Below, one piece after another: positions 59,340 to 64,000 of a stretch of DNA of 64,000 nucleotides. Where the stretch lies: the NCBI GenBank assembly GCA_013178005.1, contig JABLXL010000002.1, forward strand, positions 15,220 through 79,219. Reading direction: 5' to 3'. Under the pieces are notes generated by a model. That model had not been told where the DNA came from. It did not search any database and saw only the letters and a program-made list of their open reading frames with translations. This DNA comes from Actinomycetota bacterium. GTDB lineage: Bacteria; Actinomycetota; Geothermincolia; Geothermincolales; RBG-13-55-18. Position numbers and translations under genes: made by a program. Numbering within the stretch: position 1 is the stretch's first letter; every line of letters starts with the position of its first letter.

Positions 59340-60170
59340 AGCGAAGCGAACACCTCCTCGGCGCTCAGCGGCATCCGGGGCACCTGCAGTCCCCGCGACG
59401 CGAGTTCCCTCGCCAGCTCGAGAAGGGGAGGCGTCTCCATGCCCAAATCAACGGCGGGACCGCCCTCGGCGAACAGCTCCTCCGGGTGGCCGAAAAAGGC
59501 CACGGAGCCGGAGGAGAGCACGACCACGCGGTCGGCCGCCAGCAGCTCGTCCGCGTGGTGGGTGGCGTGCACCACGGTGAGGTCCCTCTCGTCACGCAAC
59601 CTCCTTAACAGGGAAAGAGTCTCCATGCGCGCGCGCGCGTCCAGCATGGAGGTGGACTCGTCCGATACCAGGATGCGCGGCCGCATGGCCAGGGCGCCCG
59701 CCAGGGCGACGCGTTTCTTCTCCCCCTCCGAGAGGAGATGGGGCTCGCGGTCGCGCAGCTCTATCAGCCCCAGGGTCTCCAGGGCCTCTTCCACCCTCTC
59801 CGCTATCTCCTCGCGGGAAAGCGAGAGGTTCTCGGGCCCGAAGGCGATGTCGTCCTCCACCGTGGGGCCGACGATCTGGTTGTCGGGGTTCTGCATCACC
59901 AGGGCCACGCGGCTCCGGATGAGGGGTAGGTTCACGCTTGCCGAGGTGTCCAGCCCGCATGCCGTCACCCTCCCCGTGGTGGGCAGGAGCAAGGCGTTCA
60001 CCATGCGGCAGAGGGTCGACTTTCCGGAGCCGTTGTGTCCCGCCACGGCGAGGATCTCGCCTTTCCCGACCTCGAGGGATATATCCCGCAGCGCCGTTTT
60101 GCCTTCCCTGCCGGGATACGCGAAGTTGACCCCCTCGAAAACGATCGCAGCGGAGACCGATGCGTTGGAG
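59330..60170 (-). CDS. ecfA: ECF transporter ATP-binding protein (EcfA1-like ABC ATPase); start codon uncertain
   Basis: Walker A GHNGSGKST, the signature LSEGEKKRVALA and Walker B VSDESTSMLD are present. In-frame N-terminal extension by hand translation gives ...AIVFEGVNFAYPGREGKTALRDISLEVGKGEILAVAGHNGSGKST. No canonical start codon lies between there and the upstream gene stop at 60177. Confidence 0.8.
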
Positions 60171-60176
60171 CCCAGT

Positions 60177-60731
60177 TCAACCCACCTCCAGGGGCAGCGT
60201 TCTTCCCAGGGCCATGGAGAGTCGGCGGGCGGTCACCCCGATGAAAAAGCCCGTGGGCAGGGCGATGAGGAGAAGGTAGGGCAGGTAATATCGCAGACCG
60301 GGGAAACCCACCAGCAGGATGGCCACCCCGAGTTGGGCGGCGTTGTGGGTGACGGCGCCGGCGATGCTGATCCCGGTCAGGCTTACCAGGCGTGAAGGGA
60401 GGCGGTAGAGCGCCGCCATCACCAGGGTCGCCGCGGTTCCCGCCGCGGTGCTGATGGCCAGGCCCACGAAGCTTCCGCGCAGCAACCCCCCCAGCAGGCA
60501 TCGCAGGAGGTTGACGGCCAGCGCCTCCACGGGGCCGAGGAAAACCAGGGCGGCCACCGTGGCCAGGTTGGCCAGCCCCAGCTTCGCGCCGGGGAGGGGG
60601 AGGATGGGGGGGATAGCGCCCTCGATTATCTGCAACACCAGCCCCAGGGCAACGAGCATCCCCAACTGTCCCACCAGGTAGGACCTTCGGTCCGCGGGCG
60701 GACGAGCGGGACGGTTAGCGGTTGACGACAT
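60177..60731 (-). CDS. Gx-transporter family / heptaprenyl-diphosphate-synthase-component-I-like membrane protein (putative ECF substrate-capture component)
   Basis: A 184-aa membrane protein with 5-6 TM helices. It sits directly upstream of ecfA-ecfA-ecfT in the same orientation and overlaps the NusG_II gene. Confidence 0.65.
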   Translation of the reverse strand: MSSTANRPARPPADRRSYLVGQLGMLVALGLVLQIIEGAIPPILPLPGAKLGLANLATVAALVFLGPVEALAVNLLRCLLGGLLRGSFVGLAISTAAGTAATLVMAALYRLPSRLVSLTGISIAGAVTHNAAQLGVAILLVGFPGLRYYLPYLLLIALPTGFFIGVTARRLSMALGRTLPLEVG

Positions 60732-61134
60732 CCGGCCCCCCCTCGCCCGACCTTATCTCGATGACCACCCGGTTGGGCAGGCATACGATGCTTTCCCCGG
60801 GCTGGGATATCCAGCCGGAACGCACACACACCTTGTCGGGGCAGGCGGAGTCGAGCATGCGCACCCTGCCGTCGCTTACCTGCACGTAGCTGGTGCCCTG
60901 GTATCCCTCCACCGCCAGCTCCTCGCTCTCGCTCCGCAGCGACAAGGTCTTCACCGCCCTGCCGTTCACGCTGACCACCGCCTCCAGGGAGGAGCCGGCA
61001 CCCGCCTCGGTGATGCCCTGCGCGATGAGCACCGCGCACAGCGCCGCCACCGCGAGCACGATAACGATGTCTCCGGGCGCCCACCAGCGCCCTATGTGCG
61101 CGTTTCCCGCCGCTCTCCTCGACTCGCGGCCCAA
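60715..61134 (-). CDS. NusG domain II (DUF1312) containing protein
   Basis: An N-terminal TM is followed by a beta-rich domain ...VSVNGRAVKTLSL...SYVQVSDGRVRMLDSACPDKVCVRSGWISQPGESIVCLPNRVVIEI with a CxxxC pair. These proteins typically pair with a Gx-transporter. Confidence 0.6.
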   Translation of the reverse strand: MGRESRRAAGNAHIGRWWAPGDIVIVLAVAALCAVLIAQGITEAGAGSSLEAVVSVNGRAVKTLSLRSESEELAVEGYQGTSYVQVSDGRVRMLDSACPDKVCVRSGWISQPGESIVCLPNRVVIEIRSGEGGPDVVNR

Positions 61135-61273
61135 CCCCCGACCTCCTTCGGCGTTTCCTTTCCGGACGGTCGCTTTCTCCCCATATATTAAATGAAAGGG
61201 ACGCGCCCGGTCTTCAGTGGGGCTCGTATGGCGTCAAGACACATACGGGTTCCCACTCCGGCCCGGGAGCGCA

Positions 61274-61279
61274 TATAAT
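61274..61279 (+). promoter_or_regulatory. TATAAT -10 box positioned for a leaderless transcript of the downstream methyltransferase gene
   Basis: TATAAT lies at 61274-61279 and the ATG at 61287 has no RBS. This spacing gives a transcription start at or next to the start codon. Confidence 0.3.
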
Positions 61280-61286
61280 CTCACCT

Positions 61287-62192
61287 ATGGACGTGAAGGA
61301 AGCCAACCTGGTCTTTCACGACGAGACCAGCCGCGAGTACGACAAGAAGTGGGCCATCCGCTTCGACGACGACATGGCCGACTTCGTGCTCTCCAAGTTC
61401 GAGCTGGGCCTGGGCGGCCCCTTTCCGCGCGGCGTGCGCGTGCTTGAGATCGGCTGCGGCACCGGGTACGCCATGCTTAACCTGGGCCTGGCAGGGGTGC
61501 TGGACGAGGCCTGGGGGTGCGACATCTCCCAGGGGATGCTCGATGTCTGCCGCGACAACGCGGAGAGCCTCGGCATACGGGTGCATCTGCAACAGGCGGA
61601 CGCGGAAAGCCTTCCCTACGAGGATGAGTCCTTCGACCTGGTCATAGGCCATGCCGTGCTGCACCACCTCCCGGACCTGGACGCCTCGCTGCGCGAGATA
61701 CGGCGCGTGCTGCGCCCGGGAGGGAAGTGCGTGGTGGCCGGGGAGCCCTCTGTGAAGGGGCACCAGCTGGCGAGGGTGGCCAAGGCCATGGCCTCCGCGG
61801 GGATCAAGGCCTACGCCGGCCTGGGGGGCAGGCTGGGGAAGCGCAGGATAAGCCTGCGCCGCTACGACGCCTCCGGCAACCCCCAGGACCACGAGCTCCA
61901 GGAGCTCGAGTTCATGGTGGACATCCACAATTTCCGCCCCCGCGAGCTTTGCGAGATGGCGCGCAAGGCGGGGTTCTCCACGGCGCGTTGCGAGTCCGAG
62001 GAACTGTTTTCCAGCTTCATCGGCTGGATGATCCGCACCGTGGAGGGGAGCGTGAGCGAGGAGAACATCAGCGACCGATGGCGTTGGGGAGCCTATAACA
62101 CCTACAAGAGGGCCCGCGCCCTCGACCAGATGCTATACCGCTGGTTGCCCAAGGACTGGTTCTACAACCTCATCCTTTACCTGGAAAAATAA
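61287..62192 (+). CDS. class I SAM-dependent methyltransferase
   Basis: VLEIGCGTGYAMLNLG is SAM-binding motif I. The protein is 301 aa. Confidence 0.85.
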   Translation: MDVKEANLVFHDETSREYDKKWAIRFDDDMADFVLSKFELGLGGPFPRGVRVLEIGCGTGYAMLNLGLAGVLDEAWGCDISQGMLDVCRDNAESLGIRVHLQQADAESLPYEDESFDLVIGHAVLHHLPDLDASLREIRRVLRPGGKCVVAGEPSVKGHQLARVAKAMASAGIKAYAGLGGRLGKRRISLRRYDASGNPQDHELQELEFMVDIHNFRPRELCEMARKAGFSTARCESEELFSSFIGWMIRTVEGSVSEENISDRWRWGAYNTYKRARALDQMLYRWLPKDWFYNLILYLEK

Positions 62193-62195
62193 TCC

Positions 62196-62957
62196 ATGAT
62201 GGACAACATGGTCGAAGCCCTGAGGGAAGTCGGCAAGGGATCCGGGTTCCCCGAAAAGCTGGAAGGGAGGCCGCGGGGCTGGAGGTGGCTGGTGCGCACC
62301 TTGCGCTTCATCCGCGAGAAGCGCATGTACGGCCCCCGTTACTGGCGCTTCCTCTACCGTTTCCTGCGCTTCAAGCTCCTGCACCCGCGGGTGAAGACGG
62401 AGGGGTTCATCTTCCTGCCCCGCCGCTACCAGGTGGTGGTGAAGAAGGGCGCCAGCATGCGCATCGGCCGCTGGGTATGGATCGGCACCAACAACGCCCT
62501 GCGCTGCCACGAGGGGGAGCTATACATCGGTGACAACACCATCTTCGGCACCGACAACACCGTGAACTGTTACGCGGGCGTGTACATAGGCCCCGAGTGC
62601 CTCTTCGCCGACTCCGTTTATATCGTGGATTTCGACCACAACTACTGGGATCCCGTCATTTCCATCCGCTCCCAGGGCATCACCAAGCGCCCCATACGCC
62701 TCGAGGGCGATATCTGGGTGGGGGAGAAGGTGTCCATACTGCGCGGGGTCACCGTCGGCCGCGGATCGGTGATCGGGGCCATGAGCCTGGTCAACCGAGA
62801 CGTCCCTCCCTACGCGGTGGTGGGAGGGGTGCCCGCGCGGGTTTTAGGATGGCGCCCCCGTCCAGTGCCTTCGGAGATCGACGAGGGCGGCGTAAAAGGT
62901 GAAACGGACGATGCCTCCGGCGCCCGGCGGGACCCCGGGGGCTGCATGCGCGCCTGA
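62196..62957 (+). CDS. hexapeptide-repeat (left-handed beta-helix) acyl/acetyltransferase
   Basis: Repeated [LIV]GxxxxI hexads are present (IGDNTIFGTDNTVNCYAGVYIGPECLF...IWVGEKVSILRGVTVGRGSVIGAMSLV). Confidence 0.85.
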   Translation: MMDNMVEALREVGKGSGFPEKLEGRPRGWRWLVRTLRFIREKRMYGPRYWRFLYRFLRFKLLHPRVKTEGFIFLPRRYQVVVKKGASMRIGRWVWIGTNNALRCHEGELYIGDNTIFGTDNTVNCYAGVYIGPECLFADSVYIVDFDHNYWDPVISIRSQGITKRPIRLEGDIWVGEKVSILRGVTVGRGSVIGAMSLVNRDVPPYAVVGGVPARVLGWRPRPVPSEIDEGGVKGETDDASGARRDPGGCMRA

Positions 62958-63251
62958 CGGCGTAATCGCGATGGTGCGCTTGTTCGTCGGCGGTTTGAGC
63001 AAGGGCGTCTATAGGCTGGCATGCATCAGGTCGGCAACGCGGAGAGCAGGGGTTATGAGCGCGCGGAGGCGCTTGGTGCGGGGCGGGCCGGCGGGAAACC
63101 GTGCGGAGCGCATGCGTCTAGTTATTTATGCGCACCGGATGCGATGGTCGTTGTGAGGCGCTGAAGCTACATGAACGGGGCTTGTCGCATGGTTTTATTG
63201 TTTTATAGCCGATCGTTGCGGCCATCCACGGCACGAAGCGGGTGAATCGTT

Positions 63252-64000
63252 ATGGCCGAAGATGGGGAGAGAAAGGAAGGCTTTTCCGCACCCGAGATCA
63301 GGCGAGACCCCCTGAGCGGCGCCTGGTCCATACTGGCGACGGGACGCTCGCGGCGCCCCGGGGCGGTTCCGGGCGCTTCCCGGGAACCCGCCTGCCCGTT
63401 CTGTCCCGGCAACGAATCCATGACCCCTCCCGAGGTTTGGTCCGCGGGCAGGAAGGGGAGCGCGCCCGACACGCCGGGCTGGGAGATCAGGGTGGTCCCC
63501 AACCTCTATCCCGCCCTGGTACCCGAGGCCGGGGAGAGGGGGTGGAGAAAAAGCTCAAGAGTGGGGATACCGGCCCAGGGAGATCACGAGGTCATCGTCC
63601 ATTCTCCGGAGCACGGGCTCTCCCTGGGAGCCATGGACGCGCGGAGGGCGGCGGGGCTCCTGGGGGCCTGGCAGGCGCGCTACCGACACTTCGCCGCCAT
63701 GGCCCGCGTCCGCTATGTCCAGGTGATCGTCAACCACAAGCGGGAGGCCGGGGCGTCCCTGGAACACCCCCATGCCCAGGTCTTCGCCCTGCCCGTGGTG
63801 CCGCGCGCAGTCCTCGACGAGCTGCGCGAGTCCCGGCGCAGGGCGGGCAACTGTCCCCTATGCGCCGAGGCGGAGGAGGCGCGCGAGGACGACAGGGTGG
63901 TGGCGGAAAACCGGGCATGGAGGGCCTTCGTCCCCTACGCGGCGCGCGCGCCCTTCGAGCTGCGTTTCGCCCCCCTCCGGCATGCCGGCGATTTCGCGGC
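63252..64000 (+). CDS. galT: galactose-1-phosphate uridylyltransferase, 5' partial (runs off window end)
   Basis: The Zn-binding motif CPFCPGNE and the active-site HPHAQV (HxH) are present. It is not in the ORF track because no stop codon lies within the window. Confidence 0.85.
   Translation, partial: MAEDGERKEGFSAPEIRRDPLSGAWSILATGRSRRPGAVPGASREPACPFCPGNESMTPPEVWSAGRKGSAPDTPGWEIRVVPNLYPALVPEAGERGWRKSSRVGIPAQGDHEVIVHSPEHGLSLGAMDARRAAGLLGAWQARYRHFAAMARVRYVQVIVNHKREAGASLEHPHAQVFALPVVPRAVLDELRESRRRAGNCPLCAEAEEAREDDRVVAENRAWRAFVPYAARAPFELRFAPLRHAGDFA

Overview
By eye this window is high GC, roughly two-thirds, and it is densely coding, so many long antisense ORFs in the track are spurious. The gene content points to an anaerobic high-GC bacterium. 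An actinobacterial-type lineage is suggested by a DUF3068 membrane protein and a leaderless-looking promoter, and the window could come from a metagenome-assembled genome.

Gene content from 5' to 3':
- Minus-strand operon of a corrinoid protein, a URO-D-family methyltransferase and a GntR regulator.
- A copper-resistance block: CopA P1B-ATPase, a small YHS/TRASH protein and an RseC/MucC-like protein.
- RidA, a DUF362 protein, an alpha/beta-hydrolase with C-terminal TPR repeats, and a cell-wall remodelling block (Amidase_3 with four C-terminal repeats, a DUF3068 membrane protein, an L,D-transpeptidase).
- Dodecin, a ketopantoate-reductase-like enzyme, an acyl-CoA synthetase, an MMPL/RND transporter, an amidohydrolase, a Zn-dependent alcohol dehydrogenase and adenine deaminase.
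- A roughly 15 kb butyrate/beta-oxidation-like cluster: hbd, two crotonases, three acyl-CoA dehydrogenases, a MoaD/ThiS-like protein, an FAD oxidoreductase and a B12-binding radical-SAM enzyme.
- Fused to that cluster, a glycyl radical enzyme (GRE) of unknown substrate, its activase and a PNPOx-like protein.
- A complete rnfCDGEAB operon with a divergent rseC-like gene.
- A degenerate GGDEF protein, a pilin-like protein, DUF2752 and DUF4234 proteins.
- An ECF-type module (EcfT, two EcfA genes) co-oriented with a Gx-transporter-family protein and a NusG_II protein.
- A SAM methyltransferase, a hexapeptide acyltransferase and the 5' part of galT.

The most interesting non-standard signals are:
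- The GRE with its activase, embedded in the CoA-ester cluster. This is a candidate uncharacterised anaerobic catabolic pathway.
- Several families of long (about 90-140 bp) intergenic tandem repeats. One array is flanked by inverted termini, which makes it MITE-like.
- Three near-identical tandem duplications of gene 3' ends.

No rRNA, tRNA, CRISPR array or obvious defence genes were seen.
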